From Octopus bimaculoides (lineage: Eukaryota), in assembly GCF_001194135.2 (NCBI RefSeq), contig NC_068993.1:35349319-35403929 (forward strand): a DNA stretch of 54,611 bases. The letters are read 5' to 3'. The translations under genes and the position numbers were made by a program. Positions 27,106 to 41,228 of the stretch are shown piece by piece. A model generated the notes under the pieces. It did no database searches. It worked only from the letters and a program-made list of their open reading frames with translations, and was not told where the DNA came from. Each line of letters opens with the position of its first letter. Position 1 is the first letter of the stretch.

Positions 27106-27699
27106 TATCAGTTTGCATACATAATACAGGATAAAGAGAAAATTAAAAATGGAAATTAATACAATAATATCTCACCGAGTATCTACAAAATTAGTTTCTC
27201 ATTTATATGCACCAATAACAACGGTTTATTTCTCATTCTTCCTTGTTGGAGTAACTTTGCTATATATCTCTTACTTTTATTAAAACTAAAATCTGTTATA
27301 TAAGTTATCAGTGAGGGCAATTGTTCAAAATATCATGTTTTTCCTTCTAGTTCAATTAATTTGACTCATATCAAATTGTACTTAATGTGTGAGTAACTAG
27401 ATCTGTATTGATAGGCACTGTCTGCATTAGAACAACAAGAAAAATTATTTTCAAATGTTCCACTCTTAGACTGGATCATGCAAACGTACCAATAAACCAA
27501 TAAACACAGGCTGTTTATGGATTGTAATAGATAATCTATTAGTCGTGCTGTATACAGGAACAGATTTACACACATATATACGCGTGGGTATAATAAGATA
27601 GAGAGTTATAGAAGCTACAAGGTTACGTTGTTCACGAGTATTTGAGATCTCATATGTATATATTTATGTTCATGTATGAGTCTATATAAATGCATATAC

Positions 27700-27759
<60 letters not shown>

Positions 27760-27806
27760 NNNNNNNNNNNNNNNNNNNNNNNNNNNNNNNNNNNNNNNCT
27801 TTTCCC

Positions 27807-27849
<43 letters not shown>

Positions 27850-30089
27850 CTATGACTTACACACCCACTGCTGACAGTGTTTTGGTGTGTGCAATTCGTC
27901 GAGTAAAACAAATGACATCTTGAAATTACTGAACTGGTTACAAACCCTAAGTATAGACACATAAATGCATGCCAAAAGTAATAGTTTATGCAAACGACCC
28001 AGAAACTCACCAATAGAATTATAGCTCATTTAAACGGGTTATTTGACATTGACAAGGAACAAAGAATCAACATGTAGTCGGTGCTATGATTTTATATCTA
28101 TATAGAATAGAGAAATATTAAACAAGTTTATTCATAAACATTTTCCTTCTAAAATTTGTTAAAATGGCTAAATTGAGGCTATTCTAATTTACAATTACGT
28201 ATTTCCAATGTGCCAATATCTCCTTTGTAATTGTTCGGTATATTTACATAATATGCCATATTGTTTTTCTCCAAGTGATTCAAGTACACGTTATACCTTT
28301 TCATAGTCTTCTGATGTGCAGCCATTTAATCTTAGTTCTGTTTATAATACACAAATGGCAGCTTGTTCAGGAATGTTATATGACCTTTTATCATATAAGT
28401 GACACGATAAGTTATGTGACTGCATGTTGCAACGGATCAATCGCATCAGAATTGCTGCACAAATGTTTTCCTGTTATTGTCGTCCACTTTTTCAACAGAT
28501 ATATGCATATTAAGAAACCATAACATTTCGAATGCTAATCGAGAACAAATTACAATGAACGTTGTTATTCAGAGAAAAGAAAAGACGTGTACCATGAGAC
28601 TTCGATAAAAGGGGAGACAATAATATCGCTAATTTCTCGTTGGAAATTACGCATAAACTATGTTGAAATACATTTTACATCCCTGAGATATGGGCTGTGA
28701 TATTAGTCAAAATGTAAAGAAAAGTCTAAATCTTAGAGTATTACAAATACAAAGATCGAATCAACTAAATGACTGAGTCAAGATTACAAAGAAAAGGAAC
28801 ACCAATAACTGTTTCTCCAATAATTCTACCTGCTAGAACCTGTGTCTACAGGAAAGCAATCTTACAACCCTGTCAATCAGGAAGTTCCGGGTTCAATCCT
28901 ACTGCGTGATACTTGGACACTCATGTCTGCGAAATATTCAACAACCTAAACATTAATTAAACTCGTCGGTCATCTAGTTAATAGAGAAAGAGAATACTTT
29001 CCGTCAAAGCTGACAAAATGACTCTTCATTTTTGAACAAAAGACTGGATGCACGTGGACAGAACATCTGTAAGAGGAGTAAGCCGGAGCTAAACGGAACC
29101 ATTAACACGGGATTACAGCTTAATATAGTTGTAAATATAATATTTGAATAAATCTGAATCTGTCATGGCTGGACCGCTTGAACAACAGCTTCTCTCGGAC
29201 TAAACAACAACAGCAACAATACATGTATTTGGTTTAATACACTTTTGAAAAGCAGTGAAGACATCAGCATAGCTATATCTCCACTTCCAACGTTAGCTTC
29301 AAATGTTAGTCTATTTTCTATAAGAAATCTCATTAAATCGCAGCCATATCTAATAAATTGTCACGTGACTCTTGAATGGCGGAATCATTGTTATTAACAC
29401 GACTTTTTATCATTATTTACTGAGTGGGGGAGTGAATCATCACTGACATTCGTATCCTCGCCGAGATTGTACAGTAAATGGAGAGATGAGAGATGACAAA
29501 AACCGTTATAGGGAATGATTAAACTTGGTTTATGTTTCCCTAATTGGAAACATTAAGTTCTGGTATTTTTCTGAGGTTGGACATTGAAAGAAGAGATAAA
29601 CACACTGTGTGTCATTAATTATGGTATCCCCTCCTTCACTCCATAAAAAGCCAATGAAGTAAGATGCTAGAAACACTTCAAACATTGCAGCACATTACAG
29701 TAAGCTACAGTTTACTTATACTGCAGAAGTTCCTTTCTGGTTTACTCAATCTACTGAAAATTGCAACCAAAATCTCCCGTAATTCAAACCATATGACGAT
29801 ACTTACAAAAAGAAGTTTGAGTGATCATTATTTTGCTAAGTAAAATGGATGGCATAAATACCTTCCGCCTTCTCCATCAAGATCAACCAGGATTAAACAA
29901 GAATTACAGTTTATTTCTAATTATTCCTTATGGCTCTTGAAATTGAAGTGTTGTTCACACAATGAAACAACCCCACTATCACTGCTACTAATACCAACAA
30001 CACTACAATCATTGCAAAATCATGCACTACTACTGTTACTACTTACACAAGTACTTTTACTAAGAAACATTAATCTATATCTCAACAGT

Positions 30090-30450
30090 ATTAAGCGGCA
30101 TTTTTTCCGTTTTTCCGCTCTAGTTTCAAATTCCAGCTATGTCGAATTAGCCTTTCATTTTTTCGGGATCGATACAATAAGTATCAGTTGATTACAGGGG
30201 TCGTTGTAATTGACTCCCCCCTTCCCGCTAAATTGCTGGCCATGTGCCAAAATTTGAAGGCAATATTTATACAGTATCATTATCAGATATTGGCCTGAGG
30301 GAAATGGATAGTCAAAACCGTTAGAGCGTCGAATTAAATGCTTTGCAGTACTGGTTTCTGATCTTTACATTCTCCGTTCAAATTCTACTGATGTATTTGT
30401 GTCAATGGTATCGGCTAACTCCCCTCCACTCCAAATTTCTTTCTTGTGAC
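30090..30450 (+). mobile_element. Two adjacent old CORE-type SINE copies (about 30090-30265 and 30310-30450)
   Basis: TAAGCGGCATTT...TTCAAATTCC...GCCTTTCAT...GCTGGCCATGTGCCAAAATTTGAA, then a second head AACCGTTAGAGCGTCG...AAATGCTTTGCAG. Confidence 0.65.
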
Positions 30451-31049
30451 TAAATCAGGAATCTATGTTTTATAGTTGTCTGATACTGCTTAGTAAAATA
30501 TACCAAATTTACTAACTAACAAATATACAGCATTTTTCTACTATCCAACATATTGAATGTAAAATTGATTCTGCTTTAAAGCTGTAGTCACTAATTTAAA
30601 TCCGTAGCATTAGCTGTTAAATTTACAGTGGTTAGAGAAAATCATAAGTAAATCATATTCCAACCCAACCCATCTTAAACAATCTTCCACAAAACCTGTG
30701 GTTGATGCCTCAATACTTTTTCTATAAAGGAAACAAACCATCCATACAAACGTACGTGCAGACACAACGCACATACACACCAAACACTACACACAAAATA
30801 TTGGTCTAATTCCAAGTCCATAAGTATGTTTGTTTGTATATACATGGAAAATTTGGTTGCTTCGTATCATTCGCACTGCCAATGATGAAATCAACTTATT
30901 TTAATTCTCTGTGCAATCGATTCTGTTTTTCCATACGCGTGACGAGAAAAAGAGATAAAAATCATTCTCATTTATAAAGTAATCGCTTTTCATGAAATAC
31001 CTTAAAGCAGTGGAACATTAACTGACTTTCATTATTAATCTTAATATGC

Positions 31050-31060
31050 AGTTATTATTA

Positions 31061-31100
<40 letters not shown>

Positions 31101-31108
31101 CATTATTA

Positions 31109-31167
<59 letters not shown>

Positions 31168-31175
31168 GTTATTAA
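31050..31175. repeat. (ATT)n microsatellite
   Basis: Direct reading. Confidence 0.95.
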
Positions 31176-31420
31176 CAACATATATATTTTTTTACTTGCA
31201 ATTTCTCATTCATCTATTAAGTATAATTGGCATTGAATATCTGAAAAACCAAAACCAGATTTTCTCTCCACCATATCTCTTTCTCTCCCTCTTTGTTTTC
31301 TTCTCTCGCTCTCACACACACGCACATATATACATTATGTTGATTCAAAAATGTATCTACGATACTGTTATTGGAAAACATAATATATGAAGCTGTTCTG
31401 ACACTGTTTATTCTTAATTT

Positions 31421-31774
31421 CTTTACTCTTTTATTTGTTTCAGTTATTTGACTGCAGCCATGCCGGAACAGAGATAAACCCCAGGACTTATTCTTTGCAA
31501 GCCTATTACTTAGTCTATCGGTCCTCTTTGCCGAACCGCTCGGTTATGGGGATATAAACACACCAGCATCAGTTGTCAAGCAATGAGGGGGTGACAAACA
31601 CAGACACGCAAACATATACATACATATATATATATNNNNNNNNNNNNNNNNNNNNNNNNNNNNNNNNNNNNNNNNNNNNNNNNNNNNNNNNNNNNNNNNN
31701 NNNNNNNNNNNNNNNNNNNNNNNNNNNNNNNNNNNNNNNNNNNNNNNNNNNNNNNNNNNNNNNNNNNNNNNNGC

Positions 31775-31810
<36 letters not shown>

Positions 31811-31978
31811 ATGTATACGACAGGCGTCTTTCATTTCCAGTCTATCAAATCCACCCACAAAGCTTTGGTCGGCCCTAGGCTAAGTAGATGGCACTTGCCC
31901 AAGGTGCCTCGCAGTAGGACTGAACCCGGAACCATGTGGTTGGTAAGCAAGCTACTTACCACACACCACTCCAGCGCC
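31421..31978 (-). mobile_element. SINE family B, full length, gap in internal microsatellite
   Basis: Head (minus) GGAGTGG-TGTGTGGTAAGTAGCTTGCTTACCAACCACATGGTTCCGGGTTCAGTCC, and tail as in the other copies. Confidence 0.88.
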
Positions 31979-32533
31979 TATTCTGTTTTGATTTTGTTTA
32001 AAGTTTTGGTCTTTATGCTCCGTGAACTACATCTGGTGGCAATATATGTTGGCGTTGTCCAAATTGGAGTCATGTGATAACATTAGTATTATCGATAGCT
32101 GGAATAACATTGGCCTTCCTATTAATACCGAAACACGAGTATGGGCAGCTATTCTTAAGCTTAGCATTTTCAATAAAATTAGTATAAATGGTACATTTGG
32201 CCAATGCTTTCCAGTTCCAATTTAAATGAAATCAGAACCGTGTTGCTTGCCAAGACTAGATTTTAACGTCACATGAAAGGAAAAGAATTGCTTGCAAGCA
32301 GCCAAATTGCGTCTGAAATTTACAAATCGGCTAACAGTATAATTTTCTTTCTACCTATTGCTCGTACCTATTTATTTTACTTGCGTTTGTGTATTGATTT
32401 CTTTGGAATGTTATTACAATGATTGTATACGAAGTAAATCTCTTTTACTGTTGCCAAATTTTCTTCGTTTTTATTTTCCTTTAACTTAGAATACGTATAA
32501 TCATATATACAGCAACACACAAACTCACATATA

Positions 32534-32935
32534 TTCTTTTATTCTTTTACTTGTTTCAGTCATTTAACTGCAATCATGCTGGAGCACCACCTTTAGTTCA
32601 ACAATTCAATCCCAGGACTTATTCTTTGTAACCCTATTCTATCGATCTCTTTGTAAACCTATTCTACCGGTGTCTCCTACCGAACTGCTAGATTATGGGG
32701 TGGGGGGTAAACATCGACATCGGTTATCAAGAGATGTTTGGGGGGGGGGCACAGACTTCTATACATATATGTACGACGGGCTTCTTTCCGTTTCCGTCCA
32801 CCAAATCCACTCACAAGGTGTTGGTAAATCCAAGGTTATAGTAAAAGACACTTGCCCAAGTTACCACATAGCGGGACTGAACTCGAAACTACGTGGTTGG
32901 GAAGCAAGCTTCTTACCACACAGCCACGGCTGCAC
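32534..32935 (-). mobile_element. SINE family B
   Basis: ACTTGTTTCAGTCATTTAACTGCAATCATGCTGGAGCACC...AAGACACTTGCCCAAG...GGAAGCAAGCTTCTTACCACACAGCCAC. Confidence 0.88.
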
Positions 32936-33170
32936 GTGTATATATATCATATAATATATATTTTATATTATATATATTTGCTGTTAAACGCTCGAAATAC
33001 GAGAGTAGAAAAACAGCCAACAACTGATGAAGGGTCATTCTTTATGTTGTTTGTCTTGTTTTCCATTTGTTTCCTTTGTTGTTCGAAAAAATAGTTCATA
33101 TTCTATGTACACGTACTTCGTATTCTTTTGTTATACACCTTTCATGACGTCCTGTGCCCACATATGTATG

Positions 33171-33206
<36 letters not shown>

Positions 33207-33284
33207 TAAGTATACTCACACGTGTGTGTGCATACGGAATAATAAAATAGTAAAGGACAGAAATGTAGAAACTGGTGCGTTTAG

Positions 33285-33326
<42 letters not shown>

Positions 33327-33380
33327 CATATAAACACACACACATACACATATAAATACATGCATACATAGATACATAGA

Positions 33381-33414
<34 letters not shown>

Positions 33415-33984
33415 CATACATGTGTGTCTGTGTCTGTATCAGTGTCTGTGTGTGTATTGTCTTTATGATCACGGAAATTGAATTAAAACACCACAAGTCA
33501 TTACATTTAAATATATTTGCATAATTATATTAAGTATACAAAATATATTTCCTTGTGAAATATTAAAACACCGCAGATATCGGAAATTGGAAAATTGCTA
33601 ATATGCAAGAGACATTTAAAAAGTATATAACACATTAATATAATGTAGTATAAAAGCATTTTACGATATAAAATAAGAAAGAAAATCAAACAATTATAGT
33701 AAACATATATATATATTTTTCTAGTATGTTTCTTTTTTTTCTCTTTTGATCAAATTTGGTATGCAATGGCAAATACTGAAAATTTTGTCTGCTATTAGGT
33801 TTGTTTTTCTAGATGTGACCCCTTTCCTTACTTATTTAAAAGATTGTTGCCTCTGTTGTTCTCGTTGGCCATACGTCAACGTTGCATGAAAAGAAAAAAC
33901 GAAGAACAAAGTGTCTTATATCTAATTACACGTCCTTCTCCATTGCCCACTTATTTCTGTGAGTGAGAAGTGAAGGAAAACTAC

Positions 33985-34340
33985 TCCCAGATAGTCCCAT
34001 CAGGAGTAATCTTCAGTAAATATTCAGGTTTTGTTTGCCACGAGAGACCAACCGAGACTGTAGATATTACCCAACTATCCCGCTCATATTCTACCTGCAG
34101 TCCTCCTGTAATTTTTCTGCAGAACCTCTAACCCCATATCTGTATTTCCAAGGCTGTGACTTGTCGATGCACACAAGTGGTTGCTTCATCTGAAGCATAT
34201 CCCTGATTTCCAGTCTCCGGACCATATCCAGTAGCTTTACTCAAGTGATATTTTGGTCAGTTGTATTCACTATCATACTCGTTTGGTCAATATCCAAAAT
34301 TCTTGACCGTATGTAACTTCAATGCCGAGAACCAAGTTTG
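33985..34340 (-). mobile_element. Decayed RTE-clade LINE 3' fragment
   Basis: Minus-strand frames give VTYGQEFWILTKRV and LLDMVRRLEIRDMLQMKQPLVCIDKSQ, resembling the RTE post-RT region (L.YG.E.W...; D.VR..EIR). Confidence 0.65.
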
Positions 34341-35569
34341 GCATTTTCCTCATCTCATTAAGCGTGAAATATTACATTCTGCAATGTGTATTTCATTTTT
34401 AGCTTACAACAATTAGTTAGGTGTACCGGCTGCTATTTCTAGTATTTGATGGTTTGAGTCATGAAATGTCCTGCAAGATCGGGCAAAGAATGACGCAAAT
34501 TCTGAGAAAGCTTGTGATAATGTTCTTAATATTATCATATGCTAAATTCACAGACTGATACATTCTGTTTTTCAGAATGCAATCTTTCCTTATTATTTAC
34601 TGCAAGATTTATTTCAGCGTTCGCTTTAGAATACAATACGATCACATTATAATTTTTATATTACAATATAGTCATAGCAAATAAGAACATTCAAAATTTA
34701 TGATAAGAACAGAACAGAATATTTCAATTGTATCAGCAGCTATATCGATATTAGTTGTGTATAGTGGTTTTAAGATTGACGACTAAACAAATATTAATAA
34801 ATGTGTTACAAATTCACACAAAAAGCAACACTATATCTCTGAAACAAAATGTTTAAATGACAATAGCGGTGAGTTTTTAATGTTTTAATGGTAAAGAAAA
34901 ACTAGCAAGATGAATTATATTCCAACGTCTCGGAATATAGGTCAAGAAAATTAATCCAAAAAAAGATAGTAATATGATTCGTTGAAGTCAAGAAGTTGGC
35001 GAAAAATATCAATAATGTTTTTTCTTGAATGAATTGACAAAAATAACTCATGAAAATAAAATATTTCAATTGATTCCTTCAAGTGGATACGATGAGATCA
35101 AAGTAATTTAAAATATAGATTCTAGTCGAATGTTTATAGCTCGTACAGAGAAATATATTTATATAGGAGCTCATAATGAAACGATATATATTATATCTAT
35201 GTTGTATCTGTATGTGTGTCACGTGTGTCTGTTTGTTTACTTATATCGTTTATATATATATATATATATATATNNNNNNNNNNNNNNNNNNNNNNNNNNN
35301 NNNNNNNNNNNNNNNNNNNNNNNNNNNNNNNNNNNNNNNNNNNNNNNNNNNNNNNNNNNNNNNNNNNNNNNNNNNNNNNNNNNNNNNNNNNNNNNNNNNN
35401 NNNNNNNNNNNNNNNNNNNNNNNNNNNNNNNNNNNNNNNNNNNNNNNNNNNNNNNNNNNNNNNNNNNNNNNNNNNNNNNNNNNNNNNNNNNNNNNNNNNN
35501 NNNNNNNNNNNNNNNNNNNNNNNNNNNNNNNNNNNNNNNNNNNNNNNNNNNNNNNNNNNNNNNNNNNNN

Positions 35570-35611
<42 letters not shown>

Positions 35612-36047
35612 TACATATATACACACACATTATGCATACTTTTTGGAGTCTTCAACTTTTGGCATAGTCGTATGAAAAGCGCAGTAATATACGGTGTGCT
35701 TGAACAGCAAAATTTGCGGACCCTTTCTCTCTCCAGATCTAAATATAGCAGATTCAAGAAAGAAAGAAAGAAAGAAAGGAAGGAAGGAAGAAATAAAGAA
35801 AGGAAGAAAGAAAGCGATGGAGAAAAAACGAAGAAAGACACAGAAAGACCCATGAGCAAACCGTCCCATTCAGATAATTGCAGCCATTAAGTTATATTTA
35901 TTAATGTTTGTACGGTACCGCATCCATGAATTATGTCTTTGTCTGCCGGAGAGTAGGGCAATCGTGCTATTAATCAAATCTTCGTACCCAGACAGAGAAA
36001 TCGTTAACTTAGTTAATTTCAGCATAGAAAACATTTCTGCGCTTATT

Positions 36048-36424
36048 TACTCTTTTACTCCTTTACTTGTTTCAGTTATTTGACTGCAGCCATGCTGGAG
36101 CACCACCTTTAGTCGAGCAAATCGACCGCAGGAGTCATTCTTTGTAAACGTATTCTATCGTCCCGTAACCGCTAACTTACGGGGACGTAAACACACCAGC
36201 TTCGGTTGTCAAGCGATGTTGGGAGGACAAACACAGACACTCAAACACGCACACACAATTCAGATATATACATATGCATATATACGACGAGCTTCTTTCA
36301 GTTTCCGTCTACTAAATCCACTCACAATGCTTTGGTCGGCCCGAGGCTATAGTAGAAGACACTTACCCAAGGTGCCACGCAATGGGACTGAACCCGGAAC
36401 CATGTGGTTGGTAAGCAAGCTACT
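36048..36424 (-). mobile_element. SINE family B, well conserved, extreme 5' end missing
   Basis: Near-complete colinear match to the 31421 copy. Confidence 0.9.
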
Positions 36425-37204
36425 TTATTTCATTTTATTTGCGAAAAAGGCAGTTTACATAGTAGCTGCTGGCTGGACAAACACATTAATGAGATGAGAT
36501 GAATGTTGAACACGATGATATTAATGGGAGAAGACAGAAGCCGCCCGCCGAACTTTGCTTCTCTAAAACATCGTTCTTTTATAAATTTACACATAACTTT
36601 ACAACTTGAGGCTATAAACCTCTTACTTCACAATTTCAATTTATATCATGCCTTTGAAATGAGGCACTTGCCTCTTACAATTTTCTTTTCATGGGCCACA
36701 TGCCCCTTCAATATGAGGCACTCGTCCTCTTACGTTTTTTCCGCCCCGCCTTCACCCGACCAGACTCAGTGCTTCAGTCAAGCACTACGATGGTTCTAGA
36801 TCGGGCCACTTCAGCACGGAAGAGAATTCATCCTCGGGGAAGGAATCCATCAGCCTGGGAAAGCCAGATCTTTCGCTGATTGGGTCTATTTATCTATCAG
36901 CCTATCTACCTAGATATATTTCTATCTATCGATCTCCACTATCATGGAACCTCATCCCCCCAAAAAAACGAAGACAATGTTCTCTTCTAAACAAAACCAT
37001 AAAAAACATGTTTTACATAAATGAACAACCTGTCTGTACATTCACAAAATTTTATTTGACAAGTTCTAGAAAGGAATGAAAACGCTAATAATAATGAAGA
37101 AATAAAAGGGGTTTTATTCCAAAATTCTGACGACTTTTTTCTCAATATTCAATTTCTGTACATCATACCTAACACTCTATACATCCATCCATCCATACAT
37201 ACAT

Positions 37205-37265
<61 letters not shown>

Positions 37266-37910
37266 AGTATGTATATATATATATATATATAATATCATGA
37301 GCAGTCAAGCTCGGAGCAAAATTCTTAGTAGACTGCCAGCATTTGGTGCAATAAATATATCTATCAAATTTATTAATGTATTCATTCTATAACACAGTGT
37401 AAAATAAATTTTAATACACGTTACAAATATTACATTATGATGTGTGAGTGTGTCTGTGTAGATAAAGAGGGAGAGATGAGAATGAGAAACAGAGTCAAAT
37501 AGACCAGTGTATGTAAACAGATACACTGATAAGCATACGGAAGCTAAACTGATAGCAAACTTCTTAGATAGATGCCTGCGCGTTCTACCGATGAATAGAT
37601 ATTTCTGAATGACCACAGACGCTGCAATCAAAACTTACGATCAGTGATAGCAATATACCCAGCCCCAACATGAATTGTCAAACAATGTGAAGACTATATT
37701 ATTATTTTTAATCTATAAGAAAAAAAAAAAAGTCACTCACAACTTATCTTCCTAAGCAGTAATTATCGTTAGCAAATAATGTTATGTTGACCAGTTGCAT
37801 AATTTCTTTTTCATTTTTATAATGTGCAGCAAAATGTATGATAACACACTGATAGGTCTATAAGCAATAATTCCTATGGCGATTTATATTTAATAAAGAA
37901 TAGTAATGCT

Positions 37911-38538
37911 TTCTAGTTTTGGCACAAGGCTAACAATTTTAAAGGGAAGGATAAGTTGATTACATTAACCACATTGCTCAAATGGCAATTATTTTATCGA
38001 CCCCAAGAGGATGAGAAGCGAAGTCGACCTCGGAGGTTTTAAACTCAGAATGTACAGTTTTGCTAGTACTTTGCCTTTTGATAATGATTTCAAATTTCTT
38101 TTCAAGCCCAGCAATGATAGTGAGGAGAATAGGTCGATTATATCGACCTACATTGTTCTACTGGTACTTATTTTAGATGGAAAGCAAAGTCGACCCCAGC
38201 AGAATTTGAACCCAGAACGTAAATTCGAAAGAAATACAATGGTATCCAGCGTGCTAACGATTTTGACAGCTCGCTGCCTTGATGAAAAAATGATTAAGAT
38301 AGATAATAATAAGTAGCAGTTAAGTACTGAGACCCATTCAATAAATTGATCCTTTCCAACAAAGTATCCAGTCTCAGTCATCTTGATTATTATTATTATC
38401 ATTATTAATATTATTCCGCCTAGGTCGACTTTGCCTTTCGAAGTCGATAAAATAAGTACCAGTTAAGAAGTGGGTCCGTGTAATCGAATTAGCATCTTCT
38501 CAAAATTGCTGGCCTTGTACCAAAACTGAAACCACCGC

Positions 38539-38628
<90 letters not shown>

Positions 38629-39285
38629 TATTATTATTGTTATTATTATTATTAGCACGCCGGGTAAAATACTAAGCGGCATTTCCTCCGTCTTAACGTT
38701 CTGAGTTCAAATACTGCTGAGGTCGACTTTATCTTTCATCCTTTCGTGGTCGATGAAACAAGTACCAGCTGAACAATGAGGTTGATGTAATCGACATACA
38801 CCTTTCCCTAATTTGCTGGCGTTGTACCGAAACTTGAAACCAATATTATTATTATTATTAATATCATTAAGACGGCAGGCTGGCTGAACCATTAGGACCT
38901 CGGACAAAATGATTAACAGTATATCTTCCAGCTGGTTTCGTTCTGGTTTTACCTTTCATCCTTTTGGGATCGATGAAATAAGTACCAGTCAAGAACTTGA
39001 GTCGGTGCAATCAACTAATCCAGTCCCCACAAAATTTTAAGCCGTACGCCTATAATGGGAAAAATATATTATTAAGACAACGAGCTGACAGAATCGTTTT
39101 GACACCGGACAGAATGACTAGCCGCACTTCTTCCGGTTTCACGTTCAAATTCCACCGAAGTCGACCTAGTCATCCATCATTTTAGGATTGATAAAATATG
39201 TACCAGTAGCGCACTGGTGTCGATCTAATCGACTTGCCCTCTCCGCTAAATTTCCGGCCTCGTGCCTATAGCAGAAAGAGTTATT
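37911..39285. mobile_element. Cluster of six CORE-type SINE copies: minus 37911-38054 and 38088-38280; plus 38413-38534, 38652-38845, 38871-39060, 39075-39285
   Basis: Each copy carries recognisable parts of the core (GTCGACTTTGCCTTTC..., GTCGATAAAATAAGTACCAG) or tail (GCTGGCCTTGTACC/GTGCC). They are separated by (ATT)n/(CAT)n tracts. Confidence 0.8.
38539..38653. repeat. (CAT)n then (ATT)n microsatellite between SINE copies
   Basis: Direct reading. Confidence 0.95.
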
Positions 39286-39579
39286 ATATGTTTTGGTTTT
39301 GCATTAGTTTATACGAATTGCACCCATGTCTCAACCAGAGACATCGAGATACAAGTTTGTGCATCTGAAGATGCTAACAGGTAAGGTGCCATGCAATTGA
39401 AAACAATAATGTCTGTAGGATAAAAAAGGAAAAACAGTGTGAATAACGCTGCATTTACATGGAGAGGAAATGCAGTCTTACTGACTTTCGATGTGGTTGA
39501 ACCAGTCGCAACCAGTCAGGATTGACAGTGCAGTTTGTATTATTCCGTTTGGGTGAATTTTCTGGGTCACCAGTGTACG

Positions 39580-39720
39580 CCATTTGTAGCTGAGTGGATT
39601 GGAACAACATGAAATGAAGTGTTTTGCTCAAGAGCACAAGGCACAGCTGCTCTGGGAATTGAAACCAGGATTTCGAGATCGTGACTGCAACACGCGAATC
39701 CCTAGGCCACACTCCTCTAC
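39580..39720 (-). mobile_element. SINE family C-related head fragment
   Basis: Minus strand GGAGTGTGGCCTAGGG...GTTTCAATTCCCAG...CTTGAGCAAAACACTTCATTTCATGTTGTTCCAATCCACTCAGCT. Confidence 0.7.
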
Positions 39721-40059
39721 AGAGAGCCATACTAAATAAGACGGAGGTGATCATAATTGCAAGGCTTGATAAATCAGGCGCATAATCAGAAGATACAACA
39801 GCTGTAATCTTTCCATTATAGTTTTTTTTTTTTCAGACACGGTGTATTTAGGATCTCAGAAGTATTCCTGTCAACGATGTTAGGATAACATTTGAGGAAA
39901 ATTTGGCAAATACCTCTTGTTAATTAGATCAAATATTTAAAGGCTTCCTCGCTGAAACATTCCTATTATGGTTGTAGTAGATGTTGTAGGAATTGCCATT
40001 GTAATTTTTGATTGTTGCTTCTTGTATTTCGCTTGAAATAATGAACTCTCACAATACCG

Positions 40060-40349
40060 CTTATCAGAAAGGATAACCAAAACTATTAATTTTAACTTGT
40101 TTCAGTCAATGAATTGCAGTCATGCTGGCAAACTGCTGTCAAAGGTTTAGTACCTATTTTAAAGCTTGGTAACTTATTTTATCAGTCTCTTTTACCACGT
40201 CACTGCTTAACGGGGATGTAAATAAATCAAAGCAGATTATCAAACGACGGTGTGGGAAAACACACGGGTATATACGTGCACACACAATCAGAGATACATT
40301 CGCACACACGCACACAAGTACACACATGTAAATATATATATACACACAT

Positions 40350-40392
<43 letters not shown>

Positions 40393-40800
40393 NNNNNNNN
40401 NNNNNNNNNNNNNNNNNNNNNNNNNNNNNNNNNNNNNNNNNNNNNNNNNNNNNNNNNNNNNNNNNNNNNNNNNNNNNNNNNNNNNNNNNNNNNNNNNNNN
40501 NNNNNNNNNNNNNCTTATCAGAAAGGATAACCAAAACTATTAATTTTAACTTGTTTCAGTCAATGAATTGCAGTCATGCTGGCAAACTGCTGTCAAAGGT
40601 TTAGTACCTATTTTAAAGCTTGGTAACTTATTTTATCAGTCTCTTTTACCACGTCACTGCTTAACGGGGATGTAAATAAATCAAAGCAGATTATCAAACG
40701 ACGGTGTGGGAAAACACACGGGTATATACGTGCACACACAATCAGAGATACATTCGCACACACGCACACAAGTACACACATGTAAATATATATATACACA
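40060..40800 (-). repeat. Identical ~287-bp sequence (containing an old SINE B 3' part) on both sides of a 121-N gap: 40060-40346 and 40514-40800
   Basis: I could find no mismatch by eye until the microsatellite. Most likely an unmerged contig or haplotype overlap. Confidence 0.85.
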
Positions 40801-41228
40801 TACATACATATATAGATATATACATATATAAAGTAAGAAACTGAGGAAAAGAAATCCTTCAAAGGGGTGTGTTAAATATCCAATTAGTCTATCTTGAAAC
40901 CATGACCCTGAAGTGACTGTATATATAAAGAAACTGTTATTATGTATTTATTTATTTATTTATTTATTTATCTGTTTCAGCCAAGTGGCTGCGGTCATGC
41001 TGGTGCACCACCGTGTATGTATATCAGAAAAAAATATATGTAAGTCGAAACAATTTGTTGGCCTTTTATGGTTTATCTAATAATTGTTTATGTTATATAA
41101 TATTGTTATGTTATATTATATTTATAGTATATCATGTAATATTGTAACATAAATAAATTATTAAGGCGGCGAGCTGGTAGAAACGTTAGCACGCCGGGCG
41201 AAATGCTTAGCGGTATTTCGTCTGCCAT

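Noticed and set aside
40060-40800. Apparent ~287-bp tandem duplication
   Set aside because: The copies are identical and flank an N-gap, diverging only in the microsatellite. This is the signature of an unmerged contig or haplotype overlap, not biology.
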